From: Nemertoderma westbladi
Lineage: Eukaryota > Animalia > Xenacoelomorpha
Reading direction: 5' to 3'
Assembly: GCA_032718475.1 (NCBI GenBank)
Contig: JAUCBJ010002686.1
Location: forward strand, 36,707-100,706
Length of the DNA stretch: 64,000 bases
Part shown: piece by piece, positions 26,474-40,100 of the stretch
Position numbering within the stretch: the stretch's first letter is position 1
How the letters are laid out: each line of letters starts with the position of its first letter
Notes under the pieces: model-generated
Database searches by the model: none
What the model was told of the DNA's origin: nothing
What the model saw: the letters and a program-made list of their open reading frames with translations, nothing else
Translations under genes and position numbers: made by a program

Positions 26474-29400
26474 ACGACCCACTTTCCTACACTAACGCAC
26501 CACTCATCACGCTATTGACCCACTTACCCACACAAACGACCCACTTTCCTACACTAACGCACCACTCATCACGCTATTGGCCCACTTACCCACACAAACG
26601 ACCCACTTTCCTACACTAACGTATCACTCATCACGCTATTGGCCCACTTACCCACACAAACGACCCACTTTCCTACACTAACGTATCACTCATCACGCTA
26701 TTGACCCACTTACCCACACAAACGACCCACTTTCCTACACTAACGCACCACTCATCACGCTATTGACCCACTTACCCACACAAACGACCCTCTTTCCTAC
26801 ACTAACGTACCACTCATCACGCTATTGGCCCACTTACCCACACAAACGACCCACTTTCCTACACTAACGCACCACTCATCACGCTATTGACCCACTTACC
26901 CACACAAACGACCCACTTTCCTACACTAACGCACCACTCATCACGCTATTGGCCCACTTACCCACACAAACGACCCACTTTCCTACACTAACGCACCACT
27001 CATTACGCTATTGACCCACTTACCCACACAAACGACCCACTTTCCTACACTAACGCACCACTCATCACGCTATTGACCCAGTTACCCACACAAACGACCC
27101 ACTTTCCTACACTAACGCACCACTCATCACGCTATTGACCCACTTACCCACACAAACGACCCACTTTCCTACACTAACGCACCACTCATCACGCTATTGA
27201 CCCAGTTACCCACACAAACGACCCACTTTCCTACACTAACGCACCACTCATCACGCTATTGACCCACTTACCCACACCTACGACCCACTTTCCTACACTA
27301 ACGCACCACTCATCACGCTATTGACCCAGTTACCCACACCTACGACCCACTTTCCTACACTAACGCACCACTCATCACGCTATTGACCCACTTACCCACA
27401 CCTACGACCCACTTTCCTACACTAACGCACCACTCATCACGCTATTGACCCACTTACCCACACCTACGACCCACTTTCCTACACTAACGCACCACTCATC
27501 ACGCTATTGACCCAGTTACCCACACAAACGACCCACTTTCCTACACTAACGCACCACTCATCACGCTATTGACCCACTTACCCACACCTACGACCCACTT
27601 TCCTACACTAACGCACCACTCATCACGCTATTGACCCACTTACCCACACCTACGACCCACTTTCCTACACTAACGCACCACTCATCACGCTATTGACCCA
27701 GTTACCCACACCTACGACCCACTTTCCTACACTAACGCACCACTCATCACGCTATTGACCCACTTACCCACACCTACGACCCACTTTCCTACACTAACGC
27801 ACCACTCATCACGCTATTGACCCAGTTACCCACACCTACGACCCACTTTCCTACACTAACGCACCACTCATCACGCTATTGACCCACTTACCCACACCTA
27901 CGACCCACTTTCCTACACTAACGCACCACTCATCACGCTATTGACCCAGTTACCCACACCTACGACCCACTTTCCTACACTAACGCACCACTCATCACGC
28001 TATTGACCCACTTACCCACACAAACGACCCACTTTCCTACACTAACGCACCACTCATCACGCTATTGACCCAGTTACCCACACAAACGACCCACTTTCCT
28101 ACACTAACGCACCACTCATCACGCTATTGACCCACTTACCCACACAAACGACCCACTTTCCTACACTAACGCACCACTCATCACGCTATTGACCTACTTA
28201 CCCACACAAACGACCCACTTTCCTACACTAACGCACCACTCATCACGCTATTGACCTACTTACCCACACAAACGACCCACTTTCCTACACTAACGCACCA
28301 CTCATCACGCTATTGACCCACTTACCCACACAAACGACCCACTTTCCTACACTAACGCACCACTCATCACGCTATTGACCCAGTTACCCACACAAACGAC
28401 CCACTTTCCTACACTAACGCACCACTCATCACGCTATTGACCCACGTACCCACACAAACGACCCACTTTCCTACACTAACGCACCACTCATCACGCTATT
28501 GACCCACTTACCCACACAAACGGCCCACTTTCCTACACTAACGCACCACTCATCACGCTATTGACCCACTTACCCACACAAACGACCCACTTTCCTACAC
28601 TAACGCACCACTCATCACGCTATTGACCCACTTACCCACACAAACGACCCACTTTCCTACACTAACGCACCACTCATCACGCTATTGACCCACTTACCCA
28701 CACAAACGGCCCACTTTCCTACACTAACGCACCACTCATCACGCTATTGACCCACTTACCCACACAAACGACCCACTTTACTACACTAACGCACCACCCA
28801 TCACGCTATTGACCCACTTACCCACACAAACGACCCACTTTCCTACACTAACGCACCACTCATCACGCTATTGACCCACTTACCCACACAAACGACCCAC
28901 TTTACTACACTAACGCACCACCCATCACGCTATTGACCCACTTACCCACACAAACGGCCCACTTTCCTACACTAACGCACCACCCATCACGCTATTGACC
29001 CACTTACCCACACAAACGACCCACTTTACTACACTAACGCACCACCCATCACGCTATTGACCCACTTACCCACACAAACGACCCACTTTCCTACACTAAC
29101 GCACCACTCATCACGCTATTGACCCACTTACCCACACAAACGGCCCACTTTCCTACACTAACGCACCACTCATCACGCTATTGACCCACTTACCCACACA
29201 AACGACCCACTTTACTACACTAACGCACCACCCATCACGCTATTGACCCACTTACCCACACAAACGACCCACTTTACTACACTAACGCACCACCCATCAC
29301 GCTATTGACCCACTTACCCACACAAACGACCCACTTTCCTACACTAACGCACCACTCCATCAGGCTATTGACCCACTTACCCACACAAACGGCCCACTTT

Positions 29401-29782
29401 CCTACACTAACGCACCACTCATCACGCTATTGACCCACTTACCCACACAAACGACCCACTTTCCTACACTAACGCACCACTCATCACGCTATTGACCCAC
29501 TTACCCACACAAACGACCCACTTTCCTACACTAACGCACCACTCATCACGCTATTGACCCACTTACCCACACAAACGACCCACTTTCCTACACTAACGCA
29601 CCACTCATCACGCTATTGACCCACTTACCCACACAAACGACCCACTTTCCTACACTAACGCACCACTCATCACGCTATTGACCCACTTACCCACACAAAC
29701 GACCCACTTTCCTACACTAACGCACCACTCATCACGCTATTAACCCACTTACCCACACAAACGGCCTACTTTCCTACACTAA
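26474..29782 (+). repeat. 62-bp minisatellite, ~53 copies, ending just upstream of the acceptor at 29843
   Basis: Unit ACGACCCACTTTCCTACACTAACGCACCACTCATCACGCTATTGACCCACTTACCCACACAA. Confidence 0.97.
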
Positions 29783-29843
29783 AGGCTTACTTTTCTACCC
29801 GAATGTTCCACTTCACACACTAACGGCCCACTTCCCCACCCAG

Positions 29844-30179
29844 TAGAACACGAAGTCGATACAAACGCATCGCCACGGATGAATCGACGACCCACATTCC
29901 ACGAGATTATCACGGATCGACACTCCCGTATTGGTGACGTCACTCAGTTCGAGTGCGAGATCGTGGGAGAGCAGCCGATGTCGGTGGGTTGGTACCACAA
30001 CGGAGTCTACATCGACCCGGATGGGACGGGACCGGTTACCGTCGTCGAGGACGGCATCATGCACGCGCTCATTATCGGCGCGGTGACTCGGGAACTGGCC
30101 GGTAAATACCAGGTTATTGCCGAGAACGAAATGGGGAGGGCGATATCCCAGGCGAAATTAGTGTTACTCGACGAGGAGG
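29844..30179 (+). CDS. TTN: Titin-like exon, 1 Ig domain
   Basis: acccag|TAGAA (NAGNAG alternative at 29847) ... GAGG|gtaggt; phase 1-1. Confidence 0.9.
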
Positions 30180-30711
30180 GTAGGTCGTGGTTATGGTAAC
30201 AGACGGACAATCTTTATTGCGGTTTCGGTTTATTCTCTTTATGGATCCGGTTGCTATAACCCTTCTATATTTCTTTCATCTGAATCTATTTAAACGCCAA
30301 TCCGTAATTAACTTCTTCAACTCCTTTGCTATAATGTATCTGTCTTCTAATTTGTTTCAACATTTTACTAAACTCTTTTGCTCTTTTGGCGGACAGGTGT
30401 AACCCTTTGCTTCACACATTTCTTGCGTTGAATCGCATTCTCTTTTGTTTAATTATAACAGTTTTAATTTGATTTATACATAATATCTATATTATATTTA
30501 TTGCAATAATTATGATGAACTGTTGAGTTATTGACTATAGCTATTCGAATTATCGATGGATTTTATGTTACCGGCCATAAATTAATTAGATTATTAGAGT
30601 TAATTGATGTATAATTAATAATGGATTACATGATGTATAATAATTGTCGAGACTTGGTCTACCTACTGTAAGGTAGGCAACGCACACAGACATTGTTTGT
30701 TTATCTTCTAG

Positions 30712-31170
30712 CTTCGAGTGTTTCCATGGCACCATCTCGTCCGAACCTCTCTATAAAAACGAATAAACCAATCGTTGTGAGACATTTAGATAACAAACAT
30801 TGCGCAGTCGGTGATTGGGTGCAATTCGAAACTGAAATACGTAACCTTGGCAACGACGGCCGCGTTACGTGGCTGTTCAGTGGAAAACCATTGGAGGTTT
30901 CGGATAATGTTACCATAATAACCGATGGTAACAACCACGCCCTCATACTGAAAGGTGTAGAACTCCACCAATACGGAGTGTACACAGTAAAAGGCGTTAA
31001 TGAGTACGGAAGTAGTAGCTCAGACGCGTCGCTAAGGGTTACGGGGCAAACAATAGGGACTGCGCATGATCGGAGTTCTGTGACGTCATATAAGTCGAGC
31101 GTAATTGAAGAAATTACGGAGGAAATTATTAGGACCAGTAGAACCAGCATGCTACCTAATACTACTAATG
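30712..31170 (+). CDS. TTN: Titin-like exon, 1 Ig domain plus linker
   Basis: ttctag|CTTCG ... AATG|gtaaga; phase 1-1. Confidence 0.9.
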
Positions 31171-31356
31171 GTAAGACTAAATAACTATATATCCCCTATG
31201 CCTTAGTGTCTCTTTGACTAAAATATATTTTGCATGACTATTCTGACTTATGAAGCATGTTGGAAACTGAAATCATTTTTTAAATATTTTATAAACTCTA
31301 TAATTTGCCACATCAGTGCTATTTAAACTATTTAATTAATTAATTTTTATTTTTAG

Positions 31357-31546
31357 ATGATAATGTTTTCCAAGACTGTGCTCTTGAATCTTCTAAATCG
31401 ATTGTTCTAGAATCTCAACCTATAGCGGGCCAATTAGAATTAACCCCCCCTCGCGTAACTCGCAGATTTGAAGATCACGTGACCACGGAAGGCAATCGTG
31501 TTGTCTTGGAATGCATGGCAACGGGTAACCCACCTCCAACCGCTAC
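31357..31546 (+). CDS. TTN: Titin-like exon, N-half of Ig domain
   Basis: ttttag|ATGAT ... GCTAC|gtaagt; phase 1-2; EGNRVVLECMATGNPPP. Confidence 0.88.
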
Positions 31547-32346
31547 GTAAGTCACTTAAATACCACATTTTATATATTGTGCAGGTTAACTTTCAACATA
31601 AAAGATACTTATCTGTCTTATTTGACTAAATGTGATTCATTATATTTCGTAATCTCACACGGCTGCGTTTAGGTGTCGTTAAGACATTGGCTCGATCCTC
31701 CAGTCCCTGTTTACTATTATGAAACTCATTTATCACAAATCGTAACCCATTGAATTCCTTTACACACGAATTAACAATAAAGAACTTTGGTGAAAAAATA
31801 TCGACTGTAACGATAAATTCCGTAGCAACACATAAAACTGCCGGCGTAATGGTTTCTTAAATCGTCCCCCAGGGCGGTAGCTATTTGCTTATTGTCAATA
31901 AACTGAATTTCCAGACAAACTAATCGAAATATCGACGAAATCGTGGCCGCTTGGTCGAGACTTCTATGAGGCACTTACCGACGCACTCCGGAGGTGTACA
32001 TCTTCAATTGATATTTTTTAATATCACAATTCTGATAATTTTACATTAAAGGTGGAATATTCCCGCTCCCCAACACCGCCTTCTTTTATTAACCTGCTCA
32101 ACAATTTGAAACTAATTTAAATTAAATAATTATAGTAAATTTTAATATAAATAATTGATTAAAATATAAAAATAGTAAATTAAATAATGTTTGTCCTATT
32201 TCATTTATTATATATAATAAATGTTTAAAGGTTTTTACAGGTATCATATTTTTCCATTGTCACTGTGCATTTAAACTTCTATTAAGTGAAGATAATAAAT
32301 CAATAATTTTACATTGGTTTTTGTTATTATATTCGTCTCATTGCAG

Positions 32347-32525
32347 GTGGTCAACCTCTGGTAAGCTGGTGAAGCCAGGAGATCGCGGGTACTCAACGAC
32401 TCATATTGGCGACAGATGTTGTCTGACCATAGAGAGCGCGGCGTTAAGCGATAGCGGCAGAGTGGCCTGTAGTCTTAGTAACAGCCAGGGCACATCGCAA
32501 TGCGCAGCTAATCTTATAGTTAAAG
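32347..32525 (+). CDS. TTN: Titin-like exon, C-half of Ig domain
   Basis: ttgcag|GTGG ... TAAAG|gtaggc; phase 2-1. Confidence 0.88.
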
Positions 32526-32833
32526 GTAGGCGGGTCAACAGCCTCCATGGCAGACTATATTTATTATAACAGAATCACATCATTTTATGATAACCCATGA
32601 TACCACCAATATTTTTTGACGATTTGGTGTGGAGAATGGTAACTACAGTGAGTTTTGAAAAAAATTATTTTGATTGTTTCCATGATAACGTATTTAAATT
32701 GTAAGAAAAAGTTAAAAATTCCATTGTTGAAAATGTTTTGACAGTAAAAGAGAAAATCTTCCTAAACTCTATTCCCGACTTTTAGTATTTTTTTACATCG
32801 CTAAATGTATTTTTTTCTTGTTTTACTTTTCAG

Positions 32834-33099
32834 CCTCACAGGAGCAAATTATTGGTAAACCCGAGATCATAAAAGTAGATCGCCGTATTGACCTAGTTGT
32901 CGGAGAGCCTCTGGTTCTGTCGTGTCGGTTGCGTTCTCGCGAGCCCCCCATGGTGACGTGGATGAAAGACGGCTTCCCATTGGACGGCAGTCGATACTCC
33001 GTCAATGTGGATGACGCCAGCGGCATCTACACGCTGTCTGGGGGCCCGTCCACTGTAGACGACAGCGGCCGATACTTATGTCGTGTCACTAATGGACAG
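32834..33099 (+). CDS. TTN: Titin-like exon, most of an Ig domain
   Basis: tttcag|CCTCA ... GACAG|gtttgt; phase 1-0. Confidence 0.9.
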
Positions 33100-33213
33100 G
33101 TTTGTATTTATTTTTCTTAAAATATATATTTATTTATTTATTTACTTTTGATGGTTTGTTCATTGGGGTTCCGTTTATTTTGATTCAAAGTTTCTGTTTT
33201 TATTCTCCTTTAG

Positions 33214-33369
33214 GGTGCAGTTCAGGCCTTTACAGACGTTGTCGTTTCCGATTATGTATCCGGGACCCTCGACCCTCCTAAATTTATCCAGCCAATCAGA
33301 AGCGTTGAAACTACGGAGGGCAACGAAGTCCGGTTTGAAGTAAGAGTGGCTGGATTTCCTTTACCACAG
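33214..33369 (+). CDS. TTN: Titin-like exon, Ig G-strand plus N-part of next Ig domain
   Basis: ctttag|GGTGC ... CCACAG|gttggt; phase 0-0; PPKFIQP...EGNEVRFEVRVAGFPLPQ. Confidence 0.9.
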
Positions 33370-34127
33370 GTTGGTTCCCTTGGTAACGCTGTTGCTAATG
33401 TAGATGTTTATGGCGGCGAGTAATGGTGCTATTATTACCATTAAGTAATATTATTATTATTTACAATGAAAATAATGATTTTCTTTTTGCTACGTGATTT
33501 ACACACCGTCAGAGTGTAACCTTCTCATTTCCCTTAATTTCGAATGCTAGTTGCTACAGATACGGGCATCAGCTCAACAGGCTCGGTGTCGGCCTCGGTA
33601 GAATATGATTACACACATTTACTTTATTTTGAATAATCCTCCAAAACAGAATAGCTAATCTTGAGTGCTCTTGATATTAAAAATATTTGTTGTAAGTCAC
33701 TTTTTTTATTTGACTAAAAAATAACACTTATTTGTCAACAAAAAAGTAATGTTAGTAATAATATTGCATTTAGATAGATAGCGCTGATGGTATCCACGGG
33801 TTATTTAATATTCTAGAATATTATAATATCATAAAAGGATAGAGAATATTATTATACTATCATCTTGCCTATTTTGCTATTTCGCTATCTGAAATAGCCG
33901 TAGATAAAAGTGAGAAGACTCACAACAAATAAAACGACGTAAGTGGTGGCAAAAAGTAACATTTTTTGTCTTCTTCTTTCTTATTTGTCTCGCTATACTC
34001 TCGCCAATTACAGTAATATAGCTCGACAAAAAATTCTACTATTTTTTTCCACCACTTAAATAGTTATAGTTCTCCATGTAGAGACTTCATAAATAACTCT
34101 CGTTGGTTGTCTATATTTCCTAAAATA

Positions 34128-37100
34128 CTGTGACTAACTCCCCTGACTTCTCTTTGTTGTCTAGGTTTCCTGACATCCTGTGACTAACTCCCCCGACTTC
34201 CCTATGACTAACTCCCCCGACTTCCCTATGACTAACTCCCCCGACTTCCCTATGACTATCTCCCCCAACTTCCCTGTGACTAACTCCTCCAACTTATCTT
34301 TAACGTCTAGGTTTCTTGGTTCCGAGAAGGACATCCTGTGACTAACTCCCCCGACTTCCCTATGACTAACTCCCCCAACTTTTCTTTAACGTCTAGGTTT
34401 CTTGGTTCCGAGAAGGACATCCTGTGACTAACTCCCCCGAGTTCCCTATGACTAACTTCCCCCTACTTCCCTTTGACTAACTCTCCCAACTTTTATTTAA
34501 CGTCTAGGTTTCTTGGTTCCGAGAAGGACATCCTATGACTAACTCCCCCAACTTCACTGTGACTAACTCCCCCAACTTATCTTTAACGTCTAGGTTTCCT
34601 TACATCCCGTGACTAACTCCCCCAACTTATCTTTATCATCTAGGTTTCTTGGTTCCGAGAGGGACATCCTGTGACTTCCCTCTAGTTCCCTATGACTAAC
34701 TCCCCCAACTTTTATTTAACGTCTAGGTTTCTTGGTTCCGAGAAGGACATCCTATGACTAACTCCCCCAACTTCCCTGTGACTAACTCCTCCAACTTATC
34801 TTTAACGTCTAGGTTTCTTGGTTCCGAGAAGGACATCCTGTGACTAACTCCCCCGAGTTCCCTATGACTAACTTCCCCCTACTTCCCTATGACTAACTCC
34901 CCCAACTTTTATTTAACGTCTAGGTTTCTTGGTTCCGAGAAGGACATCCTGTGACTTCCCCCTACTTCCCTATGACTAACTCCCCCAACTTTTCTTTAAC
35001 GTCTAGGTTTCTTGGTTCCGAGAAGGACATCCTATGACTAACTCCCCCAACTTCCCTGTGACTAACTCCCCCAACTTATCTTTAACGTCTAGGTTTCCTT
35101 ACATCCCGTGACTAACTCCCCCAACTTATCTTTATCATCTAGGTTTCTTGGTTCCGTGAGGGACATCCTTTGACTTCCCCCTACTTCCCTATGACTAACT
35201 CCCCCAACTTTTCTTTAACGTCTAGGTTTCTTGGTTCCGAGAAGGACATCCTGTGACTAACTCCCCCGACTTCCCTTTGACTAACTCCCCCAACTTATCT
35301 TTAACGTCTAGGTTTCCTGACATCCTGTGACTAACTCCCCCAACTTATCTTTATCATCTAGGTTTCTTGGTTCCGTGAGGGACATCCTGTGACTTCCCGC
35401 TACTTCCCTATGACTAACTCCCCCAACTTTTCTTTAACGTCTAGGTTTCTTGGTTCCGAGAAGGACATCCTGTGACTTCCCCCTACTTCCCTATGACTAA
35501 CTCCCCCAACTTTTCTTTAACGTCTAGGTTTCTTGGTTCCGAGAAGGACATCCTGTGACTAACTCCCCCGACTTCCCCGTGACTAACTCCCCCAACTTTT
35601 CTTTAACGTCTAGGTTTCTTGGTTCCGAGAAGGACATCCTGTGACTAACTCCCCCGACTTCCCTTTGACTAACTCCCCCAACTTATCTTTAACGACTAGG
35701 TTTCCTTACATCCCGTGACTAACTCCCCCAACTTATCTTTATCATCTAGGTTTCTTGGTTCCGTGAGGGACATCCTGTGACTTCCCCCTACTTCCCTATG
35801 ACTAACTCCCCCAACTTTTCTTTAACGTCTAGGTTTCTTGGTTCCGAGAAAGACATCCTGTGACTAACTCCCCCGACTTCCCTGTGACTAACTCCCCCGA
35901 CTTCCCTGTGACTATCTCCCCCAACTTCCTTGTGACTAACTCCCCCAACTTCCTTGTGACTAACTCCCCCAACTTATCTTTAACGTTTAGGTTTCTTGGT
36001 TCCGTGAGGGATATCCTGTGACTTCCCCCTACTTCCCTATGACTAACTCCCCCAACTTTTCTTTAACGTCTAGGTTTCTTGGTTCCGAGAAGGACATCCT
36101 GTGACTAACTCCCCCGACTTCCCTGTGACTAACTCCCCCAACTTATCTTTAACGTCTAGGTTTCTTGGTTCCGAGAAGGACATCCTGTGACTAACTCCCC
36201 CGACTTCCCTGTGACTAACTCCCCCGACTTCCCTGTGACTATCTCCCCCAACTTCCTTGTGACTAACTCCCCCAACTTATCTTTAACGTTTAGGTTTCTT
36301 GGTTCCGTGAGGGATATCCTGTGACTTCCCCCTACTTCCCTATGACTAACTCCCCCAACTTTTCTTTACGTCTAGGTTTCTTGGTTCCGAGAAGGACATC
36401 CTGTGACTAACTCCCCCGACTTCCCCGTGACTAACTCCCCCAACTTTTCTTTAACGTCTAGGTTTCTTGGTTCCGAGAAGGACATCCTGTGACTAACTCC
36501 CCCGACTTCCCCGTGACTAACTCCCCCAACTTTTCTTTAACGTCTAGGTTTCTTGGTTCCGAGAAGGACATCCTGTGACTAACTCCCCCGACTTCCCTGT
36601 GACTAACTCCCCCGACTTCCCTGTGACTATCTCCCCCAACTTCCTTGTGACTAACTCCCCCAACTTATCTTTAACGTTTAGGTTTCTTGGTTCCGTGAGG
36701 GATATCCTGTGACTTCCCCCTACTTCCCTATGACTAACTCCCCCAACTTTTCTTTAACGTCTAGGTTTCTTGGTTCCGAGAAGGACATCCTGTGACTAAC
36801 TCCCCCGACTTCCCTGTGACTAACTCCCCCAACTTATCTTTAACGTCTAGGTTTCTTGGTTCCGAGAAGGACATCCTGTGACTAACTCCCCCAACTTCCC
36901 TATGACTAACTCCCCCAACTTTTCTTTAACGTCTAGGTTTCTTGGTTCCGAGAAGGACATCCTATGACTAACTCCCCCGACATCCCTGTGACTAACTCCC
37001 CCAACTTATCTTGAACGTCTAGGTTTCTTGGTTCCGAGAAGGACATCCTGTGACTAACTCCCCCGACTTCCCTATGACTAACTCCCTCAACTTATCTTTA

Positions 37101-40100
37101 ACGTCTAGGTTTCTTGGTTCAGAGAGGGACATCCTGTGACTAACTCCCCCAACTGATCTTTATCGTCTAGGTTTACTGACATCTTTTGACTAACTCCCTC
37201 GACTTCCCTGTGACTAACTCCCCCAACTTATCTTTAACTTCTAGGTTTCTTGATTCCGAGAGGGACATCCCGTGACTAACTCCCCCAACTTCTCCTTGTT
37301 GTCTTGGTTTCCTTACATCCTGTGACTAACTCCCCCAACTTATATTTGTTGTCTAGGTTTCCTTACATCCCGTGACTAACTCCTCCCAACTTCTCCTTGT
37401 TGTCTAGGTTTCCTTACATCCCGTGACTAAATCCCCCCAACTTCTCCTTGTTGTCTAGGTTTCCTTACATCCCGTGACTAACTCCCCCAACTCCTCCTTG
37501 TTTTCTAGGTTTCCTGACATCCTGTGACTAACTCCCCCAACTTCTCCTTGTTGTCTAGGTTTCCTTACATCCCGTGACTAACTCCCCCAACTTATATTTG
37601 TTCTCTAGGTTTCCTTACATCCCGTGACTAACTCCCCCAACTTATATTTGTTCTCTAGGTTTCCTTACATCCCGTGACTAACTCCCCCAACTTCTCCTTG
37701 TTGTCTAGGTTTCCTGACATCCTGTGACAAACTCCCCCCAACTTATCTTTGTTGTATAGGTTTCCTTACATCCTGTGACAAACTCCCCCCAACTTATCTT
37801 TGTTGTCTAGGTTTCCTTACATCCCGTGACTAACTCCCCCAACTTCTCCTTGTTGTCTAGGTTTCCTTACATCCCGTGACTAACTCCCCCCAACTTCTCC
37901 TTGTTGTGTAGGTTTCCTTACATCACGTGACTAACTCCCCCAACTTCTCCTTGTTGTCTAGGTTTCCTTACATCCCGTGACTAACTCCCCCAACTTCACT
38001 GTGACTAACTCCTCCCAACTTCTCCTTGTTGTCTAGGTTTCCTTACATCCCGTGACTAACTCCCCCCAACTTCTCCTTGTTGTCTAGGTTTCCTTACATC
38101 CCGTGACTAACTCCCCCCAACTTCTCCTTGTTGTCTAGGTTTCCTTACATCCCGTGACTAACTCCCCCAACTTCTCCTTGTTGTCTAGGTTTCCTTACAT
38201 CCCGTGACTAACTCCCCCCAACTTCTCCTTGTTGTCTAGGTTTCCTTACATCCCGTGACTAACTCCCCCAACTTCTCCTTGTTGTCTAGGTTTCCTTACA
38301 TCCCGTGACTAACTCCCCCAACTTCTCTTTGTTGTCTAGGTTTCCTTACATCCCGTGACTAACTCCCCCAACTTCTCCTTGTTGTCTAGGTTTCCTTACA
38401 TCCCGTGACTAACTCCCCCAACTTCTCCTTGTTGTCTAGGTTTCCTTACATCCCGTGACTAACTCCCCCAACTTCTCCTTGTTGTCTAGGTTTCCTTACA
38501 TCCCGTGACTAACTCCCCCAACTTATCTTTGTTGTCTAGGTTTCCTTACATCCCGTGACTAACTCCCCCAACTTATCTTTGTTGTCTAGGTTTCCTTACA
38601 TCCCGTGACTAACTCCCCCCAACTTCTCCTTGTTGTCTAGGTTTCCTGACATCCTGTGACTAACTCCCCCAACTTCTCCTTGTTGTCTAGGTTTCCTTAC
38701 ATCCCGTGACTAACTCCCCCAACATCACTGTGACTAACTCCTCCCAACTTCTCCTTGTTGTCTAGGTTTCCTTACATCCCGTGACTAACTCCCCCCAACT
38801 TCTCCTTGTTGTCTAGGTTTCCTGACATCCTGTGACTAACTCCCCCAACTTCTCCTTGTTGTCTAGGTTTCCTTACATCCCGTGACTAACTCCCCCCAAC
38901 TTCTCCTTGTTGTCTAGGTTTCCTTACATCCCGTGACTAACTCCCCCAACTTCTCCTTGTTGTCTAGGTTTCTTACATCCTGTGACAAACTCCCCCAACT
39001 TATCTTTGTTGTCTAGGTTTCCTTACATCCCGTGACTAACTCCCCCCAACTTCTCCTTGTTGTCTAGGTTTCCTGACATCCTGTGACTAACTCCCCCAAC
39101 TTATCTTTGTTGTCTAGGTTTCTTTACATCCCGTGACTAACTCCCCCAACTTTTATTTGTTGTCTAGGTTTCTTACATCCCGTGACTAACTCCCCCAACT
39201 CCTCCTTGTTTTCTAGGTTTCCTGACATCCTGTGACTAACTCCCCCAACTTCTCCTTGTTGTCTAGGTTTCCTTACATCCCGTGACTAACTCCCCCAACT
39301 TATATTTGTTCTCTAGGTTTCCTTACATCCCGTGACTAACTCCCCCAACTTATATTTGTTCTCTAGGTTTCCTTACATCCCGTGACTAACTCCCCCAACT
39401 TCTCCTTGTTGTCTAGGTTTCCTGACATCCTGTGACAAACTCCCCCCAACTTATCTTTGTTGTATAGGTTTCCTTACATCCTGTGACAAACTCCCCCAAC
39501 TTATCTTTGTTGTCTAGGTTTCCTTAAATCCCGTGACTAACTCCCCCCAACTTCTCCTTGTTGTCTAGGTTTCCTGACATCCTGTGACTAACTCCCCCCA
39601 ACTTATCTTTGTTGTCTAGGTTTCTTGGTTCCGAGAGGGACATCCTGTGACTAACTCCCCCAACTTATCTTTGTTGTCTAGGTTTCCTGACATCCTGTGA
39701 CTAACTCCCCCCAACTTCTCCTTGTTGTCTAGGTTTCCTGACATCCTGTGACTAACTCCCCCCAACTTATCTTTGTTGTCTAGGTTTCTTGGTTCCGAGA
39801 GGGACATCCTGTGACTAACTCCCCCAACTTATCTTTGTTGTCTAGGTTTCCTTACATCCCGTGACTAACTCCCCCAACTTATCTTTGTTGTCTAGGTTTC
39901 CTTACATCCCGTGACTAACTCCCCCCAACTTCTCCTTGTTGTCTAGGTTTCCTGACATCCTGTGACTAACTCCCCCCAACTTATCTTTGTTGTCTAGGTT
40001 TCTTGGTTCCGAGAGGGACATCCTGTGACTAACTCCCCCAACTTATCTTTGTTGTCTAGGTTTCCTGACATCCTGTGACTAACTCCCCCAACTTATCTTT

